The notes: a model not told the origin generated them from the letters alone. A stretch of DNA of 64,000 bases from Rhina ancylostomus (GCA_030265395.1 JARFYF010000119.1:37574276-37638275); one strand, 5' to 3'; counted from the first letter of the stretch, positions 11,045 through 25,900 are shown. Numbers and translations are program-made.

Positions 11045-12680
11045 ATAAAATAAGTGTTAGGGAGGTAAGCTGTGAAGAGGACTGTAAAGGGATATAGATG
11101 GGTTAAGTAAGTGTGTTAAGTTAGGGGATAATGGGGAAAAATATGAAATTGTCCATTTTGGTAGGAAAAAAATATTATCTAAATGGTGAGAGGTCTGAGC
11201 TGCAGAGGGATCTGCGCGTTCTGGTGCAGGTACAGCAAATAATTTGGAAACTCAATACAATGTTAGAATTTAATGTGAGAGAAATTGATCACAAAAGTAT
11301 AGAGGTTATGCTTCATTTTTTTAGGGCAATGGCAAGACCATGTCTGGAATACTATATACTTAATCCAGACAAGTAGGAGGAAATGCACTTTCAGGAAGTC
11401 ATATTCTGGTAGAACAATATAGAGTAAATGGCAGGAACCTTAGAGCATTTATGTAGAGAGATCTTGGGGGGGGGGAAAAGTCGGTAGTTCCCTGGAAGTG
11501 GCAACACAGCTAGATAGCATAGAGAAAAATGGTATTTTGAGATGCTTGCCTTCACAGGCCAGGGCGTTGAGTATAAGACGTCATGTTGCAGTCGTGCAAA
11601 ACATCGGTTAGACTGTATTTAGAGTATTGTGCATAGCTCTGATCTCCACACTAGAGAAAGGATGTGGTCATAATGGAAAGGGTACATAAGAGATTCACCA
11701 AGATGTTGCCTGAAATGGAGGACTGCAGTTATGAGGAGAGATTGGATAGGCTGGGTTTATTCTCATTGAAACATAGGAGGCTGAGGGATGATCTTATAGA
11801 GATTTATAGAGGGGGCAGAGGTAGGATAGGTAGTCAGAATCTTTTTCCTAGGGCAGGGAAGTCTAGAACTAGAAGGCACAGGTTTAACTTGAGAGGAGGG
11901 AAATTTAAAGCATATCCAAAGGGTAAGTTTATCATACAGGCATTGGTGAATAGCTAGAAAAAGGTACCAGAAGATTTGCTGAAGGTAGATACAAGTACAA
12001 TGTTTCAAAGGCGTTTGTACAAGTACTTGGATAGGAAAGGCAAAGAGGGATATGGACAATGCAGGCAAATGGAATTAGTGTAAATGGGCATCATGGTCGG
12101 CATGCATGAGGTGGGCTGAAAGGTCTGTTTCTGTGCTGTATAATTTTATGATTCTATGAGTATTGCTCTCCTTACTTAAGGACGTAAGTGTGTTGGAAGC
12201 TGTTGTGATGACATTTACTAGACCAATACCTAGAATCAGTTTCTGAGGAAAGGTTGGATAGGTTAGGCATGTACCTGCTGGAGTGTAGAAGACTGTGAGC
12301 CAACTTTATTGAAATATATAAGATCCTAAAGATACTTGAGGGATGGATTTTGAAAGGATGTTTCCTCTTTTGGGAAAATCTAGAACTAGGGGGCTTACTG
12401 TTTAAAAACAAAGGGTTTACCAATTTAATACTAAGATGAAGCAGATTTTTTTTTCTCAGAGCCTCATGAACTTTTAGAACTCTCTTCCTCAAAGGGTGGT
12501 GGAAATAGATACATTGAATAATTTTAAGGCAGTGGAAGAAAGAGTCCTGAAAAGCAGAGGAATGAAAGGTTAGTAGGGGGTAGGAGGGAATGCAGAGTTA
12601 AGAGTACAAGATCAGCTATTGAAAGATAGAGCAGACCCAAAGGGCCAAAAGGCCTTCTCCTGCTCCTAATTCTTACGTTT
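11045..12680 (+). mobile_element. Two nested CR1 LINE fragments (inner copy 11360-12158)
   Basis: The ORF-track peptide 11664-11957 (ERVHKRFTKMLPEMEDCSYEERLDRLGLFSLKHRRLRDDLIEIY) is CR1 ORF2. The outer copy joins cleanly across the insert (atactatatac|agtattgctctcc). Confidence 0.88.
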
Positions 12681-13931
12681 GCATATTACTGAGTTATAAT
12701 AGTGGTTTGCTAGTTATAGTCGTGTTTAAAAATTCTGAGCTATGCATTGGCAGTTGCTGGCAATATTTCATCAATAACAGCAAAGTTCTACCAGGTGCAA
12801 TTGTATTTTAACAGCAAAATCTCTGCTAAGCTGTATTTGGGCAATATTGGTTTTATATTTATTTTGTTTTGTTGACCTTGTCGTATATAAAATAATTAAA
12901 GAATGGGGTGAGCTACTGACTAGTCATCGAAGGGTTAATTTGCCCTTTGGTAAAACTACTGCTAATCATTGATACTTGACTATGAATAACATTGAAAGAA
13001 AATGGGGACAGTGGGCATCAGATTGTTGATGATAGTTATAGTGTAAGGTACTGGAACTGGTACGCTAAATATGCTGCAAAAACATGCAAGAGTAACTGAC
13101 GGTGAAGAAACTGCGAATGTTGCCTACTGAATGTTGCTGCCATCTTGTTTGTGGCATCAATGAATCATTTGTGACACACTCTAGGACGTATAGCTGATTC
13201 AGCTAAATCACAACTTCACAGTAAAAAAATATGCAACATAACTGGAAAATAAGAGAGAGGTAAACAAAAACAAATTAATTCTATAATAAAAACACAATAA
13301 AAGCTGGAAATGCACCAGGTTGGGCAGCAACTGTGGAAAGAGAAACAAATATATTTCACGTCACTCTTTTAAAATCTAAATACATAAATAAAACTACAAC
13401 TATTTTATTGTATCAAATTCTTAACATTACAGTGGTACAAAATAACAACAGTTTACACCGCTAATTATTAATTTTGTAAATAAAATAACATTAACAGTTT
13501 TTCCAAGGTACTAAGTTCATTGATATTAAATTATCACTTACATTTCTCATCAACACACCAATCAGAATATTTTGATCATTGTGTTCTGTCTGTGGTTTAA
13601 TTTTGTCTTTTGCTGATTCTGTAAACACTAATATATGTTGTGGAGTGAAAAGAATGAGTGATTAATGTACGGGCTATTTGCAGGCTATTGGTTAGCCTTA
13701 AATATGTGTAAATATTCCACATGTACAAATGCATGCATGAGAGATGTTTAAACAATAGTGAACATTTTACAATTTTCCTGGATTACTGCTTTTCCTAAAA
13801 ACATTCCAATGCATATGTGTAATTTTATAAGTAATAAATAGGTATGTATATGTACAAATATACTAAAAGCTAAAAATGTAAATGGTGAAACTATAAATAT
13901 AACTGCCATTAATGGATTTAATATTTTTATT

Positions 13932-13932
<1 letters not shown>

Positions 13933-13972
<40 letters not shown>
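13933..13972. repeat. (GT)n microsatellite
   Basis: Direct read; one interruption. Confidence 0.95.
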
Positions 13973-13974
<2 letters not shown>

Positions 13975-15814
13975 AAATGTATTGGCCACTGGAATGATAT
14001 TTGATATATCTAAAGAAATATAAAGTTATAAAGAATGCAATTTATGAAATCCTTACGTTCTGTTATCACTAGTGCACAAACACAATCGCTGAAATAGTTA
14101 AATAGTAACAGGTCGATTAACAAAAAATTAAAGAACAGAAAAATAGATACTTGTTATTAATTTAATCTCATTGCAACTAACTAGGTTGTATTAAAACTAC
14201 ATCATTGGAAACACATTCATTCTGGATTTCATTTTGACAAAATGAAACACGATTATGAACTGCAGCCACCAAGCTATAGATAAAAACTAGATTTTCTTCT
14301 CCTGCGATGTCTGCCCCTCCCCCCTTCCATATTGGCTTTTCCAGTCTGTGTCTTCCAAATGTATCACAGACATAATCCACGCCAGCCACATTGTTGACCT
14401 GTTTCGACCTTCACCAAAGGCATTAGATACGTTCAGACCACTGAATTTGTGCAGTTTGCTTATGCAGACGTGCTTGGATTTCCTTTCTCTGTTCACTGTC
14501 CCGTATGAATCTGTTCCACAGCGACATTTAAAAAAATGAAATGGACATATCTTTTAACGAATTTCACCGTATCAGGCAGATTGCTACTTACTGGTTGCAA
14601 TATAGACGAGTTATATTTTTCCTACGTAGTGAAAGTGAGGGCATTATTCAACTGTGTTTAGCAATCATGTGAAAATAACACAAACAATGATGATTTCGGG
14701 AATATTTTTTACAGATTTGAAATAGCCTCTGGGTAGGCACAAAGCCAAATCTTATTTTGTAACTTAATATGTGGTAAATAATAGAGATGACTAGTAATGC
14801 ATTCAAACCAGTGCAATATCGTGTCATTCGATTATAGACTAAAGTATTGATAAATGGACGCGTTCTTACAAAATAATTCCTTAACTTCGCCTTTAACACC
14901 AAATTGTCCAACAGTAAGAAAAGTCAGAACGAACACTAGGACATAAACATCTATGATTGATGTAAACATGCCCTGAGCTCTTTCATAATCGACGCTTTGG
15001 AGCTGAGGCACTCTCGTACACTCGGTGCATAGATCGGAGCTCTGCACAACTGAACGTCAAACTGCATCAAGGCTATTAATAGGAACCAATTCGCACTAGC
15101 CTTGTGCACGCCTTCGATTCCTTTTTCAGCTGGGCTGTTATTTCAGGTACAACTCCCATCAAAATCAGCTATTTTATCATCCTATACTTTAGAATCGTCT
15201 GTTTGCACAGTTTGTTCAGTTATGAATGGTGGAAGAAAATACTGACTTTTGCTAATAGAAAAAAAATATAAAGGCACGGTATTTCTATATCCAATGTGAG
15301 CTTAAAATTGATATTTCATAGCTTTGATAATTTGGATACCAGCAAAACACCCAATCAGTTGTTTTAATATCGAAATCTAATCCGTGGTGCCAAAGCAGAT
15401 TTAAAAATGTCTTCAAATCTTCAAAATAATTGAAATATGCTTAATACTGCGTTTGTACTGGGATACACAGCAACAGAAATGATTAAATCCGAAGCATCTA
15501 AGAAGATAAAGTTTATCTCATTACACAAGCAATAGAAAAAAAAGAGAAATTCAAGCAAACAATGAAATGAAAAATCCAACACACTTTAAACTCTGCAACC
15601 GTCAAACACCCAATGGATGTGATTGCTCATTCCTTCAAAGGTGTTTTTAGTTATAATGTCACGGATAAGCTTTGATTAGGAAGAAAACAATTGCCTTTGA
15701 TATTAAGATATCAACTTTATTGAAGAAAGGCAGAAGCAAAATTCTTGTTTGTTCATATAAATGGTTTATTTTGCAGCAAGTTTTTTGCCTTCCTTCAGCT
15801 GTTCAATCAAACAT

Positions 15815-16090
15815 TGCAAGCAGCCACAGCTGATTTTTAGTTATTAATTTCACTAGTTAAACAACTCTGCAAGCATATCATATTTTAGTAATAGATTTCA
15901 CCAGGTAAATAGTAGTGCAAGCACACTGATTTCTAATCATTGATTTCAATAGTTAAACAACCGTGTAAGTTGGCACACTAGATTTCTAGTCATTGATTCC
16001 ACTAGTTAGATGTATTGGCACATTGGATTTCAAGTCACTGTTTTCTTTACAGTAGTTAAACAACAATGCAAACATACTGGATATTTAGTC
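15815..16090. repeat. Degenerate tandem repeat, unit about 48 bp, 5-6 copies
   Basis: Recurrent gcacactgatttctagtcattgatttcactagttaaacaac...gcaa. Confidence 0.75.
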
Positions 16091-19000
16091 TTCATAACAG
16101 GATGTTTCAAATAATTAAATTCTGAAAAATCAAATGCATTTGGGCCCCGATTTTGTCATTGGAGTCTAGCAATTCAGATGACTTTACGACAACATACAGT
16201 CCTAATGATGGGAGTTCATATACTGCCTAAAGGCTGCCCCACCTTTGGACTACATTAACCTACATGTCCATCATTCCCGCAAAGTAATGGAACATTGCAA
16301 GGTTATTGCATGTGAACCTTTGAAATGACATATAGCTGATGCAACTATATACATATCAATATTCATTAGCACTTACAATGTTCAAGGAAACATTTCTTTC
16401 ATATTTTAGGTTGAGTATCTTAAGCTTATAATAAAAAGTTCAAAAACACTTAGAGAACTAGCAATAATTGTAAAATAAACTTTGGTTTAGAAATCTGAAG
16501 GAAGCAAGCTAAGAAGAAAACTTTGATTTTTTTATATATTTAGTGTGGTACACAGGCATCACTTTAGCAGAGAAGTTGGATTGAATTTTATATAGCATGT
16601 GATTAGCTTACTCTGACTGTTGAAGTCAATTTATCTTTAGTATTATATTAAGCTCTTCTATAGTTACAAAACAACATATTTGCAACACATTTGCAGCTTG
16701 AGACTGAAAATCTTTCAATCTTAGTTCATAAAAACTTCATGAAAATGGTATGGTCTACAGAATTTTTATCTGTTAATATTTTCCAAGAAACAACATGTTC
16801 ATTAGAACATTTATAGGTTCTGAGACTCATTTACCAGGCTTAGGTCACTCAATGAATCCAACTGTCTCTTGAGATATGTTGTCTAAGGTCAATTCTGGTA
16901 ATAACCTGACCACTGAAGGTAATAAATCCTTGGAAATTCATGGTAAACACAATTTATCACCTCCTATATTTTTATATAAAAATAACTATTATTCTATAAA
17001 TATGTTATTCCACAATTAACATTTAAAATAATTAAAATTAATTAAAACACCAGGAAAAATATGACCTTTCCAATAGTTAATATATTTTTCTCTTATCTAT
17101 GTGTGGATATCAACTGTTGAGAAAACACCTTCAATTATAATTCAAAACACATTCCAGATAAATATCCATAATTTTTTGTTTGCTTGAATTGATATTATTC
17201 CTTTGATTATAACAGTTTTAATCAGAATGCATCTATAAGTCTGTGGTTCAGCAGCTATTTCAAAAAGATTATAAAGAAGGCAAGTAATTCCTTTTGTGAG
17301 CTTCTCCATGATATAATAAAACTTACACAATACTCAAAGAGGTTCATTATCAATGGAATCAAGGGACATGTGGTCAATGCAGGAAACTGGCACCAAGGTA
17401 AATGATCAACCATGGCTGACTGACCTGCTTTTTTTTGTTTTCTTGTGTTTTTTTGCAAAATAAACATATTTACAAAATAAATTATATTGGATCAAAAACA
17501 TGTTTGACTAATTTTTTAAAATTAAAATATCAAGTACAATCTTATTTTGAAAAAAAATTTGCAAAATACAGTATTTGGCTGTTCCACTTGGAACTTTGGT
17601 TGTCAGGGAAAATCAGAGATCATGGATAAAGGGCAGGAGAATGCTAAATCATTGTTATTGAACACACTGTAAAACAAATATTCACATGAAATTGTTAAAT
17701 GTCCATCTCAAGAAATAGAACATATAATAATTTGGACCTTAATTGTTGCATGTAAATAATATTTAGCAACAGTATCATTTTAAATATGAGAATAGTTGGG
17801 TATATTTCAAAGAATTTGAAGGTTTCAGACTTCTCAAATCTGAATTTTGGCCAACGTAAATTTTAATGAGAGTTGCATGAATCCCTGTGATTTTTAGCAG
17901 ATGTATAATCTAACATGAATTCAGTGAAACTTAAGCAGTGACCTTGAGCAAATGGTCCATCAGTAGATGTGATCAGATGCTAAGGTTTTTGGATAAGTTT
18001 TTGCCTATGCTTTTTGGTAATCTTAGACTGTCGACTCTTCCAGTGGTGGTAACATGTTTTTCTGTTTGGAACAGATATGGATGCAACCTAAGCAACGATG
18101 GTCAGCAATGATGTGCAGCTGGGACTAGACTACCAAATCACACCTCCTAATTCCCATTTGTATAGTGAAATATTCATATAGGTTTATAATATCGGATCTA
18201 AATCATTCTGATGAAATAAACTGCACCCTCAAATTGTTTAACAAAAATATTTATAGAGATTAACTTCTTAGAACTATCTTTATTTACTAATCCTCTGCTC
18301 TCAAATCAATGGTATATACAGTGTTTGAATTAAGTTGGAAATTAATTTAAGCATGAATATAATTTCTTCACTAATCAAATGATTACTTAAACTCAATCGT
18401 TCTCAGTTTCATTGTAGTAGTAAAGGATTGCTGTAAGCACCAATGGCAGAACCAATACTGATCCAGAAAAGTGAGATACTGACAACTCTTCCTATTGTGG
18501 GCACACGTCATGTGTGCATTTGTGTGTGTCTGTGTATGAGTGTGTGCAAGTGTACATATTTGCATAAACATACAATTGCATGCACTGGACCCCTTAGCTG
18601 GAGAAAAGTATAGTAGTCTTGGTATCTGTGTGCAGTGTGACTGTCCCCTTTGAATGGGTAAAACTTGATTCATTTTAACTGACAACATTTCATTATAGCA
18701 CTCAAAACATTGATGTCAGGCACCAATAAGGACAAGTTTTGTAAAGTGTCCACAGCAAATCACTTTAATTTCCTTATTTTAAAAGGCCATCTGTCCATTC
18801 TAGTGCAGGGTTTTTAAGTGACTTCTGGACTGTAATAGCTTAAGCAGTTTACAATATAACCTATACAGAATAAATGCTTTCTATTACATTATCCCCTGGA
18901 AATAATATTACATACCATTATAATGTTTCACAACAGAAAGATGAATGGCAGAAACTATACCCAGCAATTTTCTGTGAATTCTCTTTACAGCAGCTTTATG

Positions 19001-19924
19001 TCATTTTCTGTGTGCTTTTTAGTTTTATTACACTTCCCTTATTTACAACATTTGTAATTTTGCACAGAAACCTAATTATTTTTCATAGCTACTTAAAAGG
19101 AAATAGCTGAGTAGTACATGTTTGAAAACATGGGGTTAATTCAAACAGAGGGCAATGTCTAGAAGCAGCTGGAAAGAGATTCCAGATCGCAAATAATAAC
19201 TGCCACATTCATCCCCAGCTTGAAGAGTTCTTTCACATTTTTCGTAACCAATTTCCCGACTCAGTCTCAGTACCAAAGTAAGATCATTCTTAATACTGAT
19301 TTCTATTTAAAATTAACCATTAGGACATGCAGAATTTGGCTGAGGTAATACCCCATTTCCTCAGTCACAACATTCACTGCTCAAATATAACGATCGACTT
19401 TCAGTTTAGCACGACAAGGAAATTAACAGCAGTCTTAATGAATCTCAGTNNNNNNNNNNGGATTTGATTAACTATCGTTATGTCCTCAAGGAACACTAAG
19501 TTAGCCTTTCATCTTATTATGCTGTCCAGAGATTGACTGAAACACCTAACTTCACTATAGTAGTTGTCTTGGTACATAAAATGCACACATAATTTGTACA
19601 AAGATGAGAATATTATTTAGTTATTCATAATTTTGAGTGAAAACATCCAACTTGAACATAATCATGCACATTGTCTTCTTGCTACAATGGTGTTGACATG
19701 ATAATATAGCCTTACAGTAATTTTAAAAAATGTGTTATAATAGTCCTTACACCCTGAACTATAGTTTCTATTAATATAAATGTGTAAATACCATTCTTGT
19801 TGCTCCTGTAACCCATTAGAAAGAGACATTTTATGTTTTCCAAATAGTTATTTATCTAACCTTTACAATAATAAATAATGTAAAGTAAGAATGAACTGGA
19901 AGCAAGGGCCATTACTATTCACAT

Positions 19925-19965
19925 AATAAACTAAAATATTGTGTTTATGTTCTTTTCTGGGGTTT
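19925..19965 (+). promoter_or_regulatory. Candidate polyadenylation signal
   Basis: AATAAA at 19925-19930, then a GT/T-rich tract (tattgtgtttatgttcttttctgggg). TGTAAATA lies upstream at 19783. Confidence 0.3.
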
Positions 19966-22900
19966 TATTATTCATAATGCTATTGATGTTATAAAAATTA
20001 TTACATTTTAACAAAATGTTCCTCTCCTTGAACTTTAGACCAGAAATTTCAGTATTTTATATGCAAAGAAATTCTTGATTGCATGCCCTCGTTCTTTACT
20101 TTGCTTTACAGCCACTTTCTCGTTTGTCTTAATAATTTCTGGAGAAGCTGTTTACAACCTATGGACCTCTACCTGTAAAAATAAAAACATAAGGCAAATA
20201 GTTATTCTTTGCTCCTGATGCAGGGTTTTATAATTTAGCTTATTTCTGAAACTCCCCGCTGTCAAAATGAAACAATAATTCATGACACTTATGTTTGAAG
20301 TAAAACAAGTTATGGCTTGACACAGTCCAACTTTGTTAAATTTTGCAAGCAAAAACACCAAGTTGGCAGAGAATGAATTGCAAAGTTTTTGTTTGCTGTC
20401 ATTTGTTTGTAACCACTGTATTTTAACTAATGGATATGGTGATGTTACAGATTTGGGAAAGTTCTGTTGATATTCTTTTCCTTCTAAAGTAACTGAAACC
20501 ACTAAAAGATATTAAATGATGAATAGAAACTTAAGTTATCATATTAGTCAGATCCTGCCCTACAAAAGCAAATAGAATTTCAAAAATATATTCTAAATTA
20601 TGTTATAGATGATCAGGTAATCACAAGTAAATTGAGTTTAATTTGCATATTGGCTAACAACCATATTTAGAGAAACCACTCTGAGTAATTATTTATTTTA
20701 TGAAAGAAAATCAAATAAGTCCTCTGGTTTGGGAAGGGCCAGATGCTACTTTGAATATTTCACTTAAGCCTTTGTCAGCCATTTTGAATGCACTAGACAA
20801 TGCAAAGAATTATCAACAGCAAGTCTGTTAAATGTAACAGTACAGGCGTGGCTGACAGTCATTATGAGAATGTCAGTGGATGTTTTCGGCTCTCTATAAA
20901 GAACTGCATTGCAGTGAGGAAATAAAATGGAGAATGAAATCAAAAAACGAAGGCTAATTCTTTTCTTCAAGTGGTCTGTTGGAGATGCAGGAACATGGAG
21001 AAATGAGGGAAAACGGAGAAACATGTCGATAACTGGTCTGGGTTCTGGATAACTGGTATGAACCCATAGTCCTGGGCTCATACTTCGTTTAAATANNNNN
21101 NNNNNNNNNNNNNNNNNNNNNNNNNNNNNNNNNNNNNNNNNNNNNNNNNNNNNNNNNNNNNNNNNNNNNNNNNNNNNNNNNNNNNNNNNNNNNNNCATAC
21201 TTCTTTTAAATATTTTATTTATATAATTATTCTGCTGCAGTTAAGTGAAAATTTTGTACAGAATTGCTATTATATTTCAGATGTTATTGATATATTCAGT
21301 ATTTCAACACATGAAACAGGTTCTTTTAATTTCTTTATTTTTCACCTTGCCCTTTAACTTTTCCTATGTTGTACATCATTCCAAAATAATGGAAAAGGCT
21401 GGAAAGCCATTCATAAAACCTTCATGGAGCTATTCTGGAGCTGGCTCCCATGACATGCAAAGAGTAGCTCTGATGATTCAGTCTCTGATTTTCCTTCCTG
21501 ATTGTGCCTAATGCCTGCTGTGGATCTCCACCTGAACCTAGCAAGATTTTAAATATCCAAGTGTAAAAACAAAAGTACAACCTAATATTTAAGAACATGA
21601 CGAATGGTGTTCCAATGCATCACCTCAAAGTGATGTCAGCTTCATAATAGAAGAATGGTAAAATATTTTTGTTTACATAAGTTATGTCAAACTGCAGAGT
21701 TTCATTTGATATTATATTATAGAAGTTTGGAAATGTCAGCAAAGAAGGAGGCCAGTAATTTCTCTTTTAAAGAACTTTGAAGCGATCTAACCCATTCCAA
21801 CTCTCCATCATTCCCTGTGATGAAGCTCCAGGATCTTCTCAAATCAATGCGTATGTTGAATATTTTGTTTATACAGTGAATGTCTCCCTGAATAAATTTA
21901 CTGCAAGTTTGCCTGCTACTAATTTGTAGCTTCAAACTCAATGGAGAGGTATAAAATTCAGCATTTGTTCTACTTAGATGTAAGATCATTTATGGATGAT
22001 TGTATGATTTTCTTATATATAGAATAAATAGTTTCTCTTTCCTAATGCTATTTTATGTATAGCAAAGCAACCCACATTTATATACACATTTAATGCATTT
22101 ACTAAGCTGGTAGTTCCCAAGGAAATTTTAAAGTAGCCACTTTTATAATACTGCATTAAGAATAAACATATCTAAGGGAGGGGCTGAGAAATGTGAATCA
22201 ATCATGTCTGTAAAATAGTTAATTATGCAGCTGTGTGATGAGGTAACAGGAGCTGAAAGGAGCCCTTTGTTTATATGAAGGATGATGAATGTCAAAAACG
22301 AAAATCCAAACAGATTCCTCTGAAACCCTATTTAAATTGCCAGTATTAATATTGAAAATATACCTATAGGAAGTAAAAATTTCAAAATAGACCCAAAATA
22401 TTTCTAAGGAATTGCAGATGTAAACTAGAAGTCACAGCAATTCAGACAAAAAATTGTCATTGTTTCCAACATTTCCATTGCTGTGAACTTTGTTTTTTTA
22501 AAAAATGATCTTGAAAATGCAGCTTTTCATGGCTAAGTATATTTTAAAATCTCATCCACACATGATGCTACCTTCCCCAAATTTTATGGCATTTTAATTT
22601 TAAAAAATGTTAAAGCAGAATTTACATCTCCAGCTAATATATATCTAATACGTGCACCTTAACAAGAAGTATAAAAGGAAATAGGAAGGGTACAGGTCCA
22701 ATGTCAAGTGAAAGGCATAATCTAGTTTTTTGTTGTCCTGTTGTGACAGAAATAGCTAAAGGTTTGGAGGAAGGAAAATATTAAAGATGCACAAGTGTAT
22801 TCATGCAACAGAGATTAGGGCAAATGTAGAGAGGATTACCAAACTGCCTTCTGTGTGTCTCCTGCATTTGTAAACAAACCAAGGGCTTTTGGACCAAAAC

Positions 22901-25900
22901 AAAGATTAGAATCCTTAATCGGCCTAAGAGTTTGCATGGAAATAACCTTCAGCACTGGGGTAGATGATAGAGCGGGGGTGGGGGATGTGGTAAGTTGCAT
23001 TAACATCTGATTTACTGCAGTACCATAAAGCTGAATGCACATACTGGGCTATGTCATTTCCAATTATTAAGAGGAGAGATTAAGTGCCTTGTCAGCTTTT
23101 TCAACCCTGCAGCAAGAACAAAGCTTTTACCAATCAGGTGAAACTGCTGCAGTTCTGACTTCTATGGTAGAATGGTGCACTGTGCACAAGCGCACTGTTC
23201 ATTGTTCCACAAAACAAGGTGGAGAGTAGGAGGGTGTCAATGTAGCATGAAAAGGGAGGTGAATACTACATCTGAAATAATGTGGTAAACTGCTATGGTA
23301 CTGTAAGTACTGGCACAAAAAAAGGAGATTGAGCGGTCTTGCCGCATTGCACTCTCTGTACTGCATTCCATTAAGTCAATGGATCAGACCATTCACAAGT
23401 AATGCAGGGGTTCTGCTAAAAAAAACCTGGCCTAACTATTAAAACCACATTGTTAATAGTGCAGTAAAGATAACCAGAGCTGTTTTTTTAAAAGCTATTA
23501 ATTTCTCTATTTTGTAACAATAAGCATTCCATATATTTTCTACTTGATGATTTCTATTTTCTCTGCAGATTAGTTTATTATGACTACATTTGGTTTCCAG
23601 CATGACTTTGCTTTATTATAAAATCCTAGTTGTCTGCAAAATATTAGATTTCAAATAAGGAAAGTGCAGTCTGATAAAAAAAATGAATCATTTGTGTAGG
23701 GCTACACCTTATGATACATAATCTGTAAACTAAAAGAACTTTGAGACTGAAATCAGACAAAGGAAGCTATTGGATCATTCTGTCAGTAAAACAATTCCAT
23801 TCTTCCACTGAATCTAGCTTCTAATTAGGGATAACAAAAATGTCTAGGTACACAACATGAAGTTAAAATATTTGCATTTGCTGGTCGTTGCCTTATTAAT
23901 ATCAATATCTCTTTGTTTCTCAATGGTAGCTGTATCCCCTAACACACAAGGACAGTGGCACCACAATTATAGATACTGGTTTTGTATAATGAAAGCAGAG
24001 ATGTGACTGATAATGAGTGTATATGTCCACTTGACATCAAGCTGCAAAGGATTTCATCATACTGGGTGAACTGTTTAAATCAATGGGTGCATCAGAGGCA
24101 ATACTATTTGCTGTTATTTAATATCCAGTCCCACAGCACAACCAAATTAATGAGCATTCATACCTGAGGTAGAGCTACAAGAAAAGCTTCATTATTTAAC
24201 TAAGATTTTTGATATTTTGTTCTAAGAATTTAGTTAGTTCCAATTAAATTATATGCAAATATCAAGCTTGTGAATGTCAAATATCGGGGTAGAATCACAC
24301 TATGACTCTCAAACTCAATTATTAACTTTGAAACTGAGGCGAGGTGAATTTTCCTGAAGTGGAGAAGATTGGTTTTTGGCTGCTTCAATCAGCCCTTGGA
24401 GGTTTTATTGTTAATCCAAATTCTGGACATTTTCCCTAGTGTGAGAACTCCATTTTTTGGGACTAAGAAGTTTAGGGAAAGACAAGTAATGATCAGTAAG
24501 TATCAGTCAGTTCTGGCAAGTCAATTACTTTCTGTTAAACTGACTTCTATCTAGAAATGACTGGACATTATTTTAAGGATTTTAGAACTGTTTTGGGTTG
24601 ATTTTGATGAGCAATATGTTAAAATGCACAAGTAAATAGTACCATATACTAATCTAAATATTAAAACTGATGGCTTAGAGCTAGAGATATAAACCTATGA
24701 CAACACTGAACATCAAATTGACCTTCAAAATAAATGCCTTTCTTTCGCTCACTCTTACCTATTGTTAAGATTAGAAGTATATGAAACCTCTGCCTGTTTT
24801 CTTAAATCAATGTATTATGTCCCACTATGGTCCATTATGTTGCTAAAATATACAAAGGATTATTTAAATAAGGGAGGTCTTTTTCAAAATATTGTTTATG
24901 AACTTTTATTCAGTTGTTGGCAGCAAATTGGTTTCACTATTTTACTGTGTTTGTATAGAGAGCTAATATTGGAGCTAAATGTTCACTATTATTTCACTAT
25001 TATGAATTAACATACTTTTACCTGATCATTATTGTGTAAGAGTTGCAATGTTACTGCTGCTAAATATTTAATGATGAGCAAATGTGAAGTACCCTTTTCT
25101 GAGTTTAAAGGACTATTTGTATACGTTTTAGATCTTTCTATTTTCTGCCTTTTGTTCTAATCTTAAACTAAGTTTAAGACAAACCATCAGCCAGATCACA
25201 ATTAATTCTCAATGCCCTGAAATAAAACTCCAAACCCATGGATATTTAGATTGGCTCAGTTTGCAAACCTTCAGCTGGCTAAGACAATATTATAGCCTGA
25301 TCTAATCACAAATGGTCAAAATTGAATTGTTTATTCCTGTAACTAATCCTTTTTAAATGTTAATCAATGATATGACTTTTTGATATTTCTGCCTTCACTC
25401 TGTGAGATCTTGTCAATTAAATGATTATTCTCTGTCTTTTAGAATTCCTGCAAGAGAAAATAGTAAAGTGAAAGAATAAAACAATGGAAAATGAAGGAAG
25501 CCACAGCAACAACTTTGATTAATTACAGAGTAATGAATCCAGATTGACTCCAAAATTTTAATTTTTTTTCCAGAGATGTGTATCCTGTCAAAGAGTGGCT
25601 GGGAGAAACTCTAATACTATCTGAGCTATCTGAGTCCTTTCTAATTTCAGTATCTTATATGGAAAATAACAACAAGCACATGAGAAATTAGTTAATCCTG
25701 TTTCTTACCTGCTTTCTCCCAATTTCCTGTAACTTTTTGGCTTTCATGTAAAAGTAAGATACTTTGATGACAATGACAATTTAGTATAAATGTTGTACTA
25801 CACAAACTATGATGTAGATGCATCAGCTTAGAATGCCAAACTATTTTGTCTAGCATACTGCTTTTACTATCATTTGTTCAGCTTTTCCCTCAAATGTACA

